Of a stretch of 64,000 nucleotides of DNA, positions 19,141 to 30,556 are shown piece after piece. Below the pieces are notes generated by a model, which worked only from the letters and a program-made list of their open reading frames with translations, was not told the DNA's origin and searched no databases. The stretch's first letter is position 1; each line of letters begins with the position of its first letter. Origin of the DNA: Salinispira sp. (GTDB taxonomy: Bacteria > Spirochaetota > Spirochaetia > DSM-27196 > Salinispiraceae); the NCBI GenBank assembly GCA_965602015.1, contig OZ271918.1:2368001-2432000 (forward strand), given 5' to 3'. Position numbers and translations under genes: made by a program.

Positions 19141-19833
19141 ATGGGAAAAACGAAGATCCTCATTATTGAGGATGAGGCGGATATCCGGGAACTGATTCGC
19201 TACAACCTTCAGAAAGAAGGCTATCAGGTCATTAGCGCGGAGGATGCCGAACGGGGAATTGCCCTCGCGGCAGAGGAAGCTCCGGGACTTATCCTCCTGG
19301 ATCTTATGCTTCCGGGTATTGACGGTTTGGAAGCCTGTAAGCGGCTCAAGCAGCAGGAGCGGACAGCATCGACTCCGGTCATCATGCTCACTGCGAAGTC
19401 TGAAGATAGCGACATCATTACCGGCCTGGAAGTGGGCGCCGATGATTACCTGAGCAAACCCTTCTCCCCCAAGGTACTGATCGCCAGAATCAGGTCTGTT
19501 CTGCGACGCACAACCGGACCACAATCGGAGATCAGGGAAGACCGAATCCGCATCCACGACATCATCATCGATGTGAGCCGTCATGAAGTCAGCATGGGAA
19601 GCGAGTCTCTGATTCTTTCCGCAACGGAGTTCGCAATCCTGGAATTTCTCGCCCGTAATCCGGGCTGGGTGTACAGCAGAAACAAGATTATCGATGCCGT
19701 AAAGGGTAAGGATTACCCGGTAACAGAACGCTCTGTCGACGTGCAAATCCTGGGGCTCCGTAAAAAAATGGGAGATCGGGGCTCATTAATCGAGACGGTT
19801 CGGGGAGTCGGTTACCGGTTCAAACCGGAATAA
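19141..19833 (+). CDS. phoB: OmpR/PhoB-family response regulator
   Basis: REC (LLDLMLP, GADDY..KPF) plus winged helix (ETVRGVGY); pho context. Confidence 0.9.
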   Translation: MGKTKILIIEDEADIRELIRYNLQKEGYQVISAEDAERGIALAAEEAPGLILLDLMLPGIDGLEACKRLKQQERTASTPVIMLTAKSEDSDIITGLEVGADDYLSKPFSPKVLIARIRSVLRRTTGPQSEIREDRIRIHDIIIDVSRHEVSMGSESLILSATEFAILEFLARNPGWVYSRNKIIDAVKGKDYPVTERSVDVQILGLRKKMGDRGSLIETVRGVGYRFKPE

Positions 19834-19836
19834 CAG

Positions 19837-21621
19837 ATGAACGATCTGTTCAAATACCGCATATTACCGCTGCTACTCCTATCATATCTGCTTTCCGGTT
19901 TTGCCATTATCACTGCGTTTTCACCCTGGGTTCGGGCTCGGATTGCCTCGGATACCAGGGAAGTTCTCGAGTATCACGCCCGCAGCAGCGCGGAGATATT
20001 CTCAGCCCTGGACGCTCAAGGGCAGACCGAGCTGTTCTCCGATCCCGGGCTGGCAATCAACTCCCTGGCCCCGGATAGCAGCGCAGGTTCCCAAGACCGC
20101 ATGCCCGCCCTGACAAGATATTATCGGATCGACGATGTGCTCGTCCGTCAGAACCTGCTCTCCAGTCTTCCGGAGATTCAGCAGGCCCTCGAGATGAACA
20201 GCGGTTTTGCATTGCGGCGGGGGGCAGAATCGGGAGACCAGGTGTACGCTTTTGCCCTGAGTTTCGGTCCGCCGGATGAACGCATTCTGCTTCACAGCGT
20301 CCTCGCCCATCGTCGGGCGGCGGAAATTCAGAGTTTTCTCTCGATCCTGGTCAGCGGAATCCTCTCAGCGGGGCTCACCCTCAGCCTTGCGGGAATAATA
20401 GGGTTCATGCAGAGTTACCAGAGCTCATTAGACACAATTCATTCGGGAATCAATACGCTGAAGTCCGGCAATATCCCGCCGCGCCTTTCCTCCGGTCCTG
20501 CAGTTTTCCGGGAGATCGGCCGAGGAATTGAGGAGTTAGCATCTGAACAGCAGAAAAATATACGTTTTCTGGAGCAACAACGGGGGGAGCTGGCTCAGAT
20601 TCTCACCGCCATGAAAGACGGAATTATCCTCATCAATGAGCGGGAGGAAATACTGCTGATAAATGACGCCGCCTGTGAATTTTTTGCACCGAGGGAAACC
20701 CGGCCTGAAGATTGCGTCGGAAAGGCGGCGGCGGACTCCCTGCGTAACTCGGAACTTAACCGGATTCTTGAAGACCTTGTCCGCAGCAAATCATCGAACA
20801 CTCAACAGCTTTCAGTATATGACCGCCGTAGAGGGCGGTATCGCAGCCTGGAAATGCACGGATTATTTATTGCCTCAGATCAGCCCCAAGGGAGCAAAAT
20901 ACTCCTGGCCTTTCACGACATCAGCGAAATAGTCCGTCTGGAACAGGTGAGACGGGATTTTGTATCCAATGTTTCTCATGAGCTTAAAACACCCATAACG
21001 ACCATACAGGGATTTGCCGAAACTCTGGAGCAGGGAGCCGTGGATGATTCGTCAGTAGCCCGGAATTTTCTCTCTATAATCATCAAGCAAAGCCGGCGTA
21101 TGGAAAGCATCGTTTCGGATCTCCTGACCCTGTCCCGCCTGGAACAGCAGGGGGAGGAGCCGCAGACCGAAAAAACCAACATTGCCTCACTATTGGGCGA
21201 TGTGAAGGAAATATGCGCCGGCCGGGCAGCAGAACGAAATATTACAGTTCATAGCTCGGTCAGCGGTCTTGAGCATGCACAAATTAATGCAAACCTTATT
21301 GAACAGGCCGTTACAAATCTGGTCGACAATGCCATCAAGTACGGCAAACCCGGCGGAAGCGTATGGATAAATGCTGAAATTTCCCGGGAAGATCTGACAC
21401 TGATAGTCCGGGACGACGGTCCGGGAATCCCCGGCCGGGATCTGCCCAGGCTTTTCGAGCGCTTCTACCGGGTGGACAAGGGCCGTTCCAGCTCCATGGG
21501 AGGAACCGGACTCGGTTTGGCAATAGTCAAACACATCGTCAACGCTCACGGCGGCAGTGTCAGGGCGGACTCGGTTGTTGGCGAGGGGAGCAGCTTCAGC
21601 ATGATTATTCCGTTGGTGTAG
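19837..21621 (+). CDS. phoR: PhoR-like sensor histidine kinase
   Basis: Two TM, PAS, FVSNVSHELKTP, FERFYRVDKGRS, GGTGLGL. Confidence 0.9.
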   Translation: MNDLFKYRILPLLLLSYLLSGFAIITAFSPWVRARIASDTREVLEYHARSSAEIFSALDAQGQTELFSDPGLAINSLAPDSSAGSQDRMPALTRYYRIDDVLVRQNLLSSLPEIQQALEMNSGFALRRGAESGDQVYAFALSFGPPDERILLHSVLAHRRAAEIQSFLSILVSGILSAGLTLSLAGIIGFMQSYQSSLDTIHSGINTLKSGNIPPRLSSGPAVFREIGRGIEELASEQQKNIRFLEQQRGELAQILTAMKDGIILINEREEILLINDAACEFFAPRETRPEDCVGKAAADSLRNSELNRILEDLVRSKSSNTQQLSVYDRRRGRYRSLEMHGLFIASDQPQGSKILLAFHDISEIVRLEQVRRDFVSNVSHELKTPITTIQGFAETLEQGAVDDSSVARNFLSIIIKQSRRMESIVSDLLTLSRLEQQGEEPQTEKTNIASLLGDVKEICAGRAAERNITVHSSVSGLEHAQINANLIEQAVTNLVDNAIKYGKPGGSVWINAEISREDLTLIVRDDGPGIPGRDLPRLFERFYRVDKGRSSSMGGTGLGLAIVKHIVNAHGGSVRADSVVGEGSSFSMIIPLV

Positions 21622-21622
21622 T

Positions 21623-21771
21623 ACGTGCCCCCAAAACAGCTGATTTAAACCAGGTAATTGGTTTACGGCAAAGGATTTACCAGTCCGCGTTTGCATAACT
21701 TGACAACTTGTTGCTGTATTTTTCTCGCGAAAGGATTTAAGGCCAAAAAATCAGCTGTTTTGGGGGCACTG
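21623..21771. repeat. Dispersed inverted-repeat element, copy 2 (149 bp)
   Basis: GTGCCCCCAAAACAGCTGATT at 21625-21645 and AATCAGCTGTTTTGGGGGCACTG at 21749-21771; fills nearly the whole gap between convergent genes. Confidence 0.9.
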
Positions 21772-21775
21772 CATA

Positions 21776-23410
21776 CTAGTTCAAAAAACTGAGGAGAAGT
21801 TGTGCTCCGCCTATCATCGCTCCCAAAACCGCACCGAAAATATTTATATATTTCAGGTGACGGGCAATTATGCCAAGCAGAAGCTGTTCAACCTCTTCTA
21901 TGTCCAGGGCATTTATCCGGTCCACCACCATTTGGTAAATATCGAAGCGTTCAACAAGCGACGGTACGGCGCCTTCCATCAGCATGGTAAGGGCTGAGGA
22001 CAGGGAAACCAGCAACTGATCTTCCCCGGCATCTTCTACGCGAATCTCTTTCAACGGCGGTCGACGCGCGCCGGCAATAATCTCGCTTATCTCCTGACGG
22101 AATCGGTCCCGTCGTGATTCATCGCGCTTCCAATGCTGTAACAGCTCATATCCCCGTTCGAGAATATCCCTAAACGTCAAACCGGCGTAGGACTGCAGAA
22201 CTTCATCGATGCTGGGACCGCCTTCTTCTCCCGTACGATCGGCTATGTAGTCGGCGAGTCTTCCCGAGGCATTTTCCCTGATAAGAAGGGCTTGAATCCC
22301 GTCGAAAATGCGGTAGAAATTTCGGCTCAAATCAATTGAGTAGCGTTCCTGTAAATCTCCAAGCCCCTGGCTTTGAAGTGAGGTCATCAACTCGTGAACT
22401 GCGCTCAATATTTTGTCCCGGTTCTCCGCAGACCGCAGGGTTTTCTCAAGGGTTCTCAGCAAGTCCCGGATGATCTCGGGCATATTTTCTTCGAGGGTGC
22501 GGTCGTATTGTCCGGCCGAAAGCATAATGCGCTGCACCGGGGACAGACGCAGAAGAATATCCGAGAGGATGACCTTTCCCCGTTTTACCAGCTCCCGCCG
22601 GATTTCCGGGCGGCGGAGAAAATCCATGAGAAAATTCACCCCCGGCACGTAGAGGCGGTCGAGAATATGGACGGTTCGCCGCATGCTGTTTCGTGAAAAA
22701 AACTTCTCCAATGCTGTGTTTGCTTCGGCATTCCTGCGGATCCAGAGAATGGCTCCCCACTTCAGCCGGCGAAACGTCTCACCGCGAATCTGCCGGGAAA
22801 AGAATTTCTCCAGGTCTTCCCTATTGCGGGCCTTTACCGGAAGAAAGCTGGCAACCGAACGGTGACCGACATCGCCCGATAGCCTGTCGATCAGTCGCTT
22901 CAACAGGGCATCGCTGATGGGAGAGCTCAGTACCGGGAGGATGAGTTCCTCGAGCTGGGCGATGCGCTCACGAATAAAAGTCCGGGGATCGTCGGCTGCT
23001 CGGGGATTTTCGCTGGGAAGACTATCCCCTTTATTCGCCGAAGTCTCATCTGCGTCCTTGTGGTGCTTCACTTCATTGTCGAGAACTGCCGAAACCGCTT
23101 TTGACGGCGACAGAATTTCGGCGAGCTGGACTTTCAGGGCAGACTGGAACTTTTCACCCTTGATGTGGGTGTTGATCACCTGAGCATTGAACAGGCTGCG
23201 GCTGACCATCCTCGCGATGCTGTGAGCCAGACTATCCCGCTGTCGGGGTATAATGCCCGGAGTCAGGGGAAGGGGTATTCCCAGGAAGTACTTTTTTGTC
23301 AGCGGCCGGAAGAGCATACGGATCGCCAGGGCATTGGTGACGTAGCCGATTAGCGCACCAAGCACCGGGGGCAGGGCGAAGAACAGCCAGGGAGGCAGGT
23401 TCACGGGCAT
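21776..23410 (-). CDS. DUF445 family membrane protein
   Basis: IGYVTNALAIRMLFRP..GIIPRQ N-terminus; LKYINIFGAVLGAMIG C-terminus; GGAGG RBS. Confidence 0.88.
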   Translation of the reverse strand: MPVNLPPWLFFALPPVLGALIGYVTNALAIRMLFRPLTKKYFLGIPLPLTPGIIPRQRDSLAHSIARMVSRSLFNAQVINTHIKGEKFQSALKVQLAEILSPSKAVSAVLDNEVKHHKDADETSANKGDSLPSENPRAADDPRTFIRERIAQLEELILPVLSSPISDALLKRLIDRLSGDVGHRSVASFLPVKARNREDLEKFFSRQIRGETFRRLKWGAILWIRRNAEANTALEKFFSRNSMRRTVHILDRLYVPGVNFLMDFLRRPEIRRELVKRGKVILSDILLRLSPVQRIMLSAGQYDRTLEENMPEIIRDLLRTLEKTLRSAENRDKILSAVHELMTSLQSQGLGDLQERYSIDLSRNFYRIFDGIQALLIRENASGRLADYIADRTGEEGGPSIDEVLQSYAGLTFRDILERGYELLQHWKRDESRRDRFRQEISEIIAGARRPPLKEIRVEDAGEDQLLVSLSSALTMLMEGAVPSLVERFDIYQMVVDRINALDIEEVEQLLLGIIARHLKYINIFGAVLGAMIGGAQLLLSFLN

Positions 23411-23850
23411 TAGAACTCCTCCCTTGATGCAAGCCAGCTTGCGGCATTGATGGCTTCTTCCCGGCTTGCGTAGGATTGAATGCCGGCGCCGAATGCCCAT
23501 CCCCGGGCATCGGAATGCTGCACGAGGAACCAGTAACTCTCCTCGGTGTAGAGATATTCGGTTTCCAGACTCTGTTCAAGCACTTCGAACACCTCCCCCT
23601 GTCTGGCATGCCAAAGGATTTCACTTTCGATTCCCGGTTGCGCATAAAGCGGAAGATACGAGCGTTCCACGACGGCCCAGTTTTTCCTCACGGATAGAAC
23701 AGGAGTCGGGGGAAGATTCAGTTCGGGCAGCTGTTCTTCCCGGCAGGAAGTATTCAGCAGCGCGAGCAATAGAAAGCCTAAGTACATACCCCTGGAAGAC
23801 CCGAACCCGGAGATGAATAATTTGCCTTTGTTGTGTATAGTAACCAGCAT
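23410..23850 (-). CDS. Putative SH3-domain lipoprotein
   Basis: LLNTSC lipobox; LYAQPG..GEVFEVL..WF..GW SH3b-like pattern; TAATG coupling to the next gene; start uncertain. Confidence 0.6.
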   Translation of the reverse strand: MLVTIHNKGKLFISGFGSSRGMYLGFLLLALLNTSCREEQLPELNLPPTPVLSVRKNWAVVERSYLPLYAQPGIESEILWHARQGEVFEVLEQSLETEYLYTEESYWFLVQHSDARGWAFGAGIQSYASREEAINAASWLASREEF

Positions 23851-23918
23851 ATCAACCTGTATATGGAAGACTTCGGGATCTTTCTCCCGATTTCTGAAGT
23901 ATAGACCGGATAAAGCCC

Positions 23919-24473
23919 ATGATAAAAGTAAAAATACTCATCTGCCTCATCGCCTGCGTATCTCAGGAAGTCCTGGCTGACGATTCTTCCCCGGCCTTAA
24001 CCCTGTCCACGACCCAGGGAGTGCATTACAGCTCACTACCTCAGATCGAGAGTTCAGCGCTGCACTATGACGGTGGTCTAAATCTGGGGCTCCGTTTCCC
24101 GCTGGGACTTTCCGGGCTGTACCTGGCAGGCCAGGCCGGTATTCACGTGGTAGCTCCCCCGCCGGCGGGAGATCTGTTCAGCGTGCGCGGTTTTTGGGGA
24201 TTCAGGAACTCCCTGCTTCTATCATACAGAATCGGAGGAATGCGGCTGGGTGCCGCGGGGGGCTTTCAGGTGTACCGCTTCTGGAACACAAAAATCATGT
24301 TTGCCACGCCGGAAATCAGCCTGTTTGCTTCAGTCTACCTCAACCCCCGGGACAGAGGTGATGCTCCAATGACCGTTGAAATCAGGCCGCGGGTCTACAG
24401 TCATTTTCGCCCGGACACGGGCTTCTCGGGCGGGGCACTGCTCGAACTTGTTTTTGTGCGCCCGCTGCGGTAA
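23919..24473 (+). CDS. Hypothetical exported protein, beta-strand rich
   Basis: Signal peptide; alternating Gly/aromatic/aliphatic segments; 12 bp upstream of the caspase-like gene. Confidence 0.6.
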   Translation: MIKVKILICLIACVSQEVLADDSSPALTLSTTQGVHYSSLPQIESSALHYDGGLNLGLRFPLGLSGLYLAGQAGIHVVAPPPAGDLFSVRGFWGFRNSLLLSYRIGGMRLGAAGGFQVYRFWNTKIMFATPEISLFASVYLNPRDRGDAPMTVEIRPRVYSHFRPDTGFSGGALLELVFVRPLR

Positions 24474-24485
24474 ATTACTACAACA

Positions 24486-25421
24486 ATGAAGAATTCTGCT
24501 GTCTTCCTCATTATTGCTATACTAATCTCGGGATTTCTATCCTGCACCATAGAGCGCGGCGGCGATATCCGCCGATACGCCCTGGTGTACGGCGTGGGGG
24601 AATACGCATCGGTAAATGACCTGCCCTTCGCCACAAACGACGGCATAGACGTCAGGTCCCTTCTGGAAGCCCAGGGCTACACCATCATCAATCCGGGCAG
24701 CAGTGAAGCGGCGACCCGGGCAGATCTCGAAGCCGACATGGCAGAAGCCCGTTCGGTCGTTGGTCCCAGGGATGTTTTTCTTTTTTATTTTGCGGGCCAC
24801 GGCCTCCAGCTCATTGATAAATCCGACGGTCTTATTGCATTTTCCGATTACAGCGGCATCGATAGTCCGGGTGCACTGTTTACATCGGAGTTACTCGATT
24901 CAATCAAGGCTATGGGGGCTTTTCACAATATACTTATTCTCGATGCCTGCAACAGCGGCACGTTCATCGAAGAGAGCTTCGGTGTAACCACCTTGCCGGA
25001 CAGCTACGTTCATTCCACCTTCACCGATGCCAGTGAGGGGGGCGGCGGTTTGTCCGAGGCTATCAGTAATTATTTCGGAATCAACGCGGTACCCAATATC
25101 AGCGTCATGACCGCTGCCGGCCCATCCGAAGAGAGCTATGAGTGGAGCGGCGCTTTTGGCTCGGAACTTGCCCGTGCTTTGGGAGTTCCCGCCGAATATG
25201 CGGACAACGGCGTATTCACCGGTTTTTTCCTTGAGGCCGCTGCCAACGCAGACGCAAATGTTGATGGCCGCATTACTTTGAGCGAAGCGTACAACCATAT
25301 TTACCGCCGCATAGACTCGACCTGGAATGCAGAGTTCAGGAAATCCCTGTACAGCGAAGATGTGTTTTACCCTCATATCTCCGGCGGCGGTCTTGATCCC
25401 GTGCTGTTTATTCTCGATTAA
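24486..25421 (+). CDS. Caspase-family (peptidase C14) lipoprotein
   Basis: Lipobox GFLSC; RYALVYGVGEY, FYFAGHG (His), ILDACNSG (Cys), NGVFT, DANVDGRITLSE. Confidence 0.88.
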   Translation: MKNSAVFLIIAILISGFLSCTIERGGDIRRYALVYGVGEYASVNDLPFATNDGIDVRSLLEAQGYTIINPGSSEAATRADLEADMAEARSVVGPRDVFLFYFAGHGLQLIDKSDGLIAFSDYSGIDSPGALFTSELLDSIKAMGAFHNILILDACNSGTFIEESFGVTTLPDSYVHSTFTDASEGGGGLSEAISNYFGINAVPNISVMTAAGPSEESYEWSGAFGSELARALGVPAEYADNGVFTGFFLEAAANADANVDGRITLSEAYNHIYRRIDSTWNAEFRKSLYSEDVFYPHISGGGLDPVLFILD

Positions 25422-25474
25422 GAGTCATTAGCGATTTCCGGCCGAAGCTGCGGGAAGCATGATCCTATAGATGA

Positions 25475-27469
25475 TTATTTGCCGCCCAAATCATTGAGCT
25501 TTTCTATTTCATCGCGGATTACCGCAGCCTGTTCGAATTCAAGGTTTTTAGCATGCTCCAGCATCTCGCCCTCAAGAACCTTGATAAGCTTTTTTCTCTG
25601 AGCGGGGATCATGACATTGTACTCGGCCTTGATAATTTCGATATTGCGCTTTTCGTCTTCGCGCTTTTCTTCCTGTTCACGGATGAGGATGTCGTGAACC
25701 GCCTTCCTGACGCTTTGGGGAGTTATTCCGTGCTCGACATTGTAGGCCTGCTGTATGCTTCGGCGCCTGTCAGTTTCCGCTATGGCTTCGCGCATGGCGT
25801 CGGATTCCCGGTCGGCATACATAATTACCTTGCCGTTGACATTCCGGGCGGCCCGTCCGATGGTCTGGATGAGACTGGTGGCAGAGCGCAGAAAACCGAT
25901 TTTGTCTGCATCGAGTATGGCGACCAAGGATACCTCCGGAAGGTCTAGTCCTTCCCGCAGCAGGTTAATGCCCACCAGCACATCGAATTTTCCCTGACGC
26001 AGCTGAGTGAGTATTTCCACCCGTTCAATGGTTTCGATCTCCGAATGGAGGTAACGCACTCTCAAGCCCATGGAGGTCAGGTAGTCGGTGAGATCCTCCG
26101 CCATTTTTTTCGTCAGGGTGGTTATGAGGATCCGATCTCCATCCTTGATGCGGGCCTCCGCCTCGGCATACAAGTCCTCAATCTGACCTCGGGTCGGCCT
26201 TACGGTAATTTCCGGATCCAAAAGCCCGGTCGGTCTGATAATCTGCTCAACCGCCGAGCCGGATTTTTCAAGCTCCATAGACCCGGGCGTTGCGGACACA
26301 TAGAGGGTCTGATTACACAGGGACTCGAACTCGGCATAAAAGAGCGGGCGATTATCGAGTGCGGAAGGCAGTCTGAATCCGAAATCCACAAGATTCTGCT
26401 TTCTCGAACGGTCGCCGGCATACATGGCGCCGATTTGAGGAACGGTAACGTGACTTTCATCGATGATGGTCAGGAAATCCTGGGGAAAATAGTCCAGAAG
26501 CACCGCAGGACGCTCGCCTTCATTACGGCCCGTCAGATGGCGGCTGTAGTTTTCAATTCCCGAGCAATAGCCCATTTCTTCCATCATTTCCAGGTCATAT
26601 TCCGTCCGGCTTTTTATTCTCTGGGCTTCCACCAGTTTGTTTTGGGACAGGAGCTGATCGTGCCATTGGTCGAGTTCCCCGCGAATGATGCCAAGGGACT
26701 GGCGAAGCATGTCTTCGGGCATGACAAAATGCTTTGCGGGATAAATCAGCAGGGTATCCATCTGCTCGAGCACTTCAGCGCTAACCGGATGGATGCGAGA
26801 AATAGCGGCGACTTCATCCCACTCAAGCTCAATTCGGTACCCGTCTTCCGAATAGGCGGGAAAGATCTCGATGACATCCCCCCTGATCCGAAATATCCCC
26901 CGGTGAGGCACATCGTCGTTGCGCTCGTATTGCAGGGACACCAACTGGCGGCGCAGATCTTTCAAATCCATGCGGGTGCCGCGGTCGATCCGGATACGCA
27001 TATCCCGGTAATCCCTGGGGCTCCCAAGACCGTAAATACAGGACACCGTAGCTACGACGATGACATCGGGTCGTTCCAAAAGGCTTGTGGTTGCAGATAA
27101 CCTGAGCTTTTCGATCTCGTCATTGATTGAGGCGTCCTTCTCAATGTACAGGTCCTTGCTGGCCACATAGGCTTCGGGCTGGTAGTAGTCATAGTATGAA
27201 ACAAAATACTCCACGGCGTTGTCAGGGAAAAAATCCTTGAACTCCCGGTAGAGCTGGGCAGCCAGGGTCTTATTATGCGATACCACAAGAGTCGGTTTGC
27301 CTAATCGTTCAATGACCTTCGCCATGGTAAACGTCTTCCCGGATCCGGTAACCCCTTTGAGGGTCTGAAAATTACGGCCGGCGCTGCCAAAATTTTCCAC
27401 AATGCTTTCGATTGCCTTCGGCTGATCGCCGGAGGGCTGATACTCGGATACGACCTTGAATTCTCTCAT
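25475..27469 (-). CDS. uvrB: Excinuclease ABC subunit B
   Basis: [37 protein letters not shown] domain. Confidence 0.98.
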   Translation of the reverse strand: MREFKVVSEYQPSGDQPKAIESIVENFGSAGRNFQTLKGVTGSGKTFTMAKVIERLGKPTLVVSHNKTLAAQLYREFKDFFPDNAVEYFVSYYDYYQPEAYVASKDLYIEKDASINDEIEKLRLSATTSLLERPDVIVVATVSCIYGLGSPRDYRDMRIRIDRGTRMDLKDLRRQLVSLQYERNDDVPHRGIFRIRGDVIEIFPAYSEDGYRIELEWDEVAAISRIHPVSAEVLEQMDTLLIYPAKHFVMPEDMLRQSLGIIRGELDQWHDQLLSQNKLVEAQRIKSRTEYDLEMMEEMGYCSGIENYSRHLTGRNEGERPAVLLDYFPQDFLTIIDESHVTVPQIGAMYAGDRSRKQNLVDFGFRLPSALDNRPLFYAEFESLCNQTLYVSATPGSMELEKSGSAVEQIIRPTGLLDPEITVRPTRGQIEDLYAEAEARIKDGDRILITTLTKKMAEDLTDYLTSMGLRVRYLHSEIETIERVEILTQLRQGKFDVLVGINLLREGLDLPEVSLVAILDADKIGFLRSATSLIQTIGRAARNVNGKVIMYADRESDAMREAIAETDRRRSIQQAYNVEHGITPQSVRKAVHDILIREQEEKREDEKRNIEIIKAEYNVMIPAQRKKLIKVLEGEMLEHAKNLEFEQAAVIRDEIEKLNDLGGK

Positions 27470-27471
27470 GT

Positions 27472-28710
27472 TTATTCCAATGTGAACTGCTCGGGGCGTT
27501 GGATGAGTTCGACCCGGGTTTCAAGTTTTCGCCTGCCGCGGTAATAGACAATATCCACCACGTCGCCCGGCCGGTTATCTTCCAGGGCTTCATAGAGCTG
27601 GGCGATCGTGTAGGTGGGAGTTCCGTCGATTTCAACGATGACGTCACCCCCCAAATAGATTATTGTCGATCCGTAGCGCACCGCATTGGTCCGCCCGCCG
27701 CCGCGCAAACCGGCGGCGGCGGCCAGGCCGCTTTCAGTCAGCCTGCTTATGAGAATGCCCCGTTCAACCGGTAATCTCGCGTACTCCACCAGCTCGGGGA
27801 ACAATTGGATCGGGCTGATGTCTATCCATCCCCGGTTTACCCTGCCAAAATTCAATAAATCCGGCAGCACCCGTCGCGCCGTATCGACGGGAACGGCAAA
27901 ACCGACACCGACGCTTCCCCCGCTCGGGGAGTAAATCATGGTATTCACGCCGATAAGATTGCCCTGCGAATCCAACAGCGGTCCGCCGGAATTACCCGGA
28001 TTTATACTGGCATCTGTTTGTATCATACCCTGAATAATGGTCCCGGTGTCATTCTGAATCGGCCTCCCCAGTCCCGAGACAACTCCCGTGGTAAGCGTGC
28101 GGTCAAAGCTGAAGGGATTGCCGATGGCGAGCACCTTTTGCCCCACCCGCAGCTGCGATGAGGTGCCCAGGGGAATAGTTGTGAGAACCCGATCCCCGGG
28201 ATCGAATTTCAGCACCGCCAGATCATTCTCCGGGTCGGTGCCGACGACTTCGCTTTCAATCCGCTCCCCTCTTGCAAGAGTGACGTAAACCCTCACTGCA
28301 TCCTCGATGACATGATCGTTGGTGAGCACATAGCCCCGGGTATCGATAATTGCTCCGCTGCCCGTGCCGCCCTCGGTGGGCACAGGCTCGAAGAAGAACG
28401 AGTAGGAGATAGTTTCAGTGCTTATGTTAACCACGGCTTCATTGCGCATCTCGTAAATATCGATGTTATTTTGCTCATCCTCAATCATCGCAGTGCTACC
28501 GTCGAAGGCGGGAATAAGGGAAGCGTCATTTTCCCGCAGATCAAGGCGGTTTAAGGAGGTATCGAAGTCATTTTCCTCTACATTGGTGAGTATCGGCATC
28601 TCGTCTTCGCCGGGCAGCGGCAGTAACCCAAAGCCGATACTCAGCAGCAGAGCAAGGGCAGCGCCGAGCAGCACGAGAAAAATGCTTTGGGGAATTTTCC
28701 GGGGTCTCAT
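27472..28710 (-). CDS. htrA: HtrA/DegP-family serine protease, single PDZ
   Basis: [25 protein letters not shown]-terminal TM anchor. Confidence 0.92.
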   Translation of the reverse strand: MRPRKIPQSIFLVLLGAALALLLSIGFGLLPLPGEDEMPILTNVEENDFDTSLNRLDLRENDASLIPAFDGSTAMIEDEQNNIDIYEMRNEAVVNISTETISYSFFFEPVPTEGGTGSGAIIDTRGYVLTNDHVIEDAVRVYVTLARGERIESEVVGTDPENDLAVLKFDPGDRVLTTIPLGTSSQLRVGQKVLAIGNPFSFDRTLTTGVVSGLGRPIQNDTGTIIQGMIQTDASINPGNSGGPLLDSQGNLIGVNTMIYSPSGGSVGVGFAVPVDTARRVLPDLLNFGRVNRGWIDISPIQLFPELVEYARLPVERGILISRLTESGLAAAAGLRGGGRTNAVRYGSTIIYLGGDVIVEIDGTPTYTIAQLYEALEDNRPGDVVDIVYYRGRRKLETRVELIQRPEQFTLE

Positions 28711-28773
28711 GGGGGTAAATATAATAAATGCGTCTGAAGTTGCCTACCTGGTCAACGCTGGGCCGCACCAAGG

Positions 28774-30468
28774 TCACAAATATTCATCATAGCGTCCCGG
28801 GTTCATACAATAGGCGGCATCCCGGATATGTCTGCCCTGGATGCGCGCCTTTGCTTTTTCTTCGGCGTCAGCGCTGCCGGTTTTTATGGCGGCCTCGATA
28901 TCATGGAGGGTCAGGGAGAGGCGCCTGATGTTGATTATTTGCCGATTGCTGAAAAACCCAGAACTGAGCAGCTGGGTAATCAAATCCCTCGCCGATTCGT
29001 CTGTTTGACACTGTTCATCCAGGTCGGAAACCTGCGCATAGGCGTTGGTCCGTGCCCCGCCGCCCCGGTATCGTAGCAATTGGGTCTGCCTTGATCGCTC
29101 AATGCATTGCCGGAGTACAACCGGACTGCCAAAGCAGTGCCGATCGATTAATCCGCTGAGAACCGAGAGCTCCGGGTCTTGTTCTGCCCGCCATTCAGAA
29201 TGAGGGGAGGCCGTCGGTTCCCCGCCGGATGCCATACAATGTCGTATCTCAATTCTGTCATAGAGGGCTCCTCCCATGCGGCTCCAGTAGCGGGCAATCT
29301 CCGCAGGGCTGCAGAGGCACAGCGCATCACTTCGGCCCCGGTTGCCGCAGGGACACAGGTTCATGGTAAAGGCGAAAACCGTCCGGCAAGGATAGACCGT
29401 AGACATGCTCGCCCTTATGAGGCGTATTCCGGCCTGCTCCATCGGCTCCCGCAGACTCTGGAGCACATTTCGGTGAAATTCCGGCGCTTCATCCAACACC
29501 AGAACTCCGCCGTGAGCAAGTGCTAACTCCCCGGGCACTAAATGCTTGCCGCCTCCCAGCACTCCCTCTGCAGAACTGCCGTGATGGGGCTCCCGGTAAA
29601 GCTTCAATCCCGAAATTTGGGAAATCGAATTGGTAACCGAAGGATGCCTGCTGTGAATCCGGTATTGCTCTCGCAACATGTCACCCCGTTGTTCAGGAAG
29701 AAGCAGTTCAAGAGCCCGAACCGAACTAGTCTTTCCCGATCCCGGCGGGCCGTAGAAGAGAATATTGTGGTTCCCAGCAGCGCAGAGGGCGAGTTTGGCG
29801 AGAACCTCACCGCGTACCGCTGGCGGGAATGGTGTACCATCGCTGGATTCGGAATCAGGGTTACGCGGATCAGCGTATGATTGCGGAACTTCGCATTGTA
29901 GCATGTTCTTCGTGCTGGGGGCTCGCGGTTTATTTTCGACGCAGAGCAGATTGATCATCGAGCGAAGATTTTCGGGAAAATCGAGCCGTATATGGTCCAG
30001 GGGTAGCGATGAAGCCGCGGAGATCAGTTCATGAGAAACGATTACCTTATCAAACTCGCCGGTGCCCAGGGACAACAGGGCAGCACAGTCCCGTTCGGTG
30101 GAGCGGATTTTCCCCTTGAGACCGAGTTCGCCCAAAAGCATGATGCGCGAGACGCTTTTTGTATGAGCTGCGGGTACGCGTATCTGGGAGGAGCTTAATA
30201 GAATAGCCAAGGCGATGGCGCAATCAAAGGCGGCGCCGTCTTTTGGCAGACCGCCGGGACTCAGATTTATGAGAATCTTTCTTGATGGAAGTTCGAACCC
30301 GCTGGCCTGCAATGCGGCGGCGACCCGTTGCCGGGATTCCTGGACCGCCGAGCCCGCAAGCCCGACTATTGAAAACGCCGGCAATCCGCGGCTAATGTCG
30401 CACTCAACCTCAACGGGAAATCCCTCATAGCCGATCGTACAGTATGAGAAAATATTCAACCTGGACAT
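28774..30468 (-). CDS. comM: ComM/YifB Mg-chelatase-like AAA+ ATPase
   Basis: GLPAFSIVGL..VQESRQRV, GPPGSGKT, EPHHGSS, LAHGGVLVLDE, NLCPCG; start uncertain. Confidence 0.85.
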   Translation of the reverse strand: MSRLNIFSYCTIGYEGFPVEVECDISRGLPAFSIVGLAGSAVQESRQRVAAALQASGFELPSRKILINLSPGGLPKDGAAFDCAIALAILLSSSQIRVPAAHTKSVSRIMLLGELGLKGKIRSTERDCAALLSLGTGEFDKVIVSHELISAASSLPLDHIRLDFPENLRSMINLLCVENKPRAPSTKNMLQCEVPQSYADPRNPDSESSDGTPFPPAVRGEVLAKLALCAAGNHNILFYGPPGSGKTSSVRALELLLPEQRGDMLREQYRIHSRHPSVTNSISQISGLKLYREPHHGSSAEGVLGGGKHLVPGELALAHGGVLVLDEAPEFHRNVLQSLREPMEQAGIRLIRASMSTVYPCRTVFAFTMNLCPCGNRGRSDALCLCSPAEIARYWSRMGGALYDRIEIRHCMASGGEPTASPHSEWRAEQDPELSVLSGLIDRHCFGSPVVLRQCIERSRQTQLLRYRGGGARTNAYAQVSDLDEQCQTDESARDLITQLLSSGFFSNRQIINIRRLSLTLHDIEAAIKTGSADAEEKAKARIQGRHIRDAAYCMNPGRYDEYL

Positions 30469-30556
30469 ACTACAAACACCGGAAATCCGGTGACATTGCT
30501 TCAAATTTTCCCTATCGTTTGAAGCATCGAGTACAGGTTAAAAACGCCGGAAGTCT

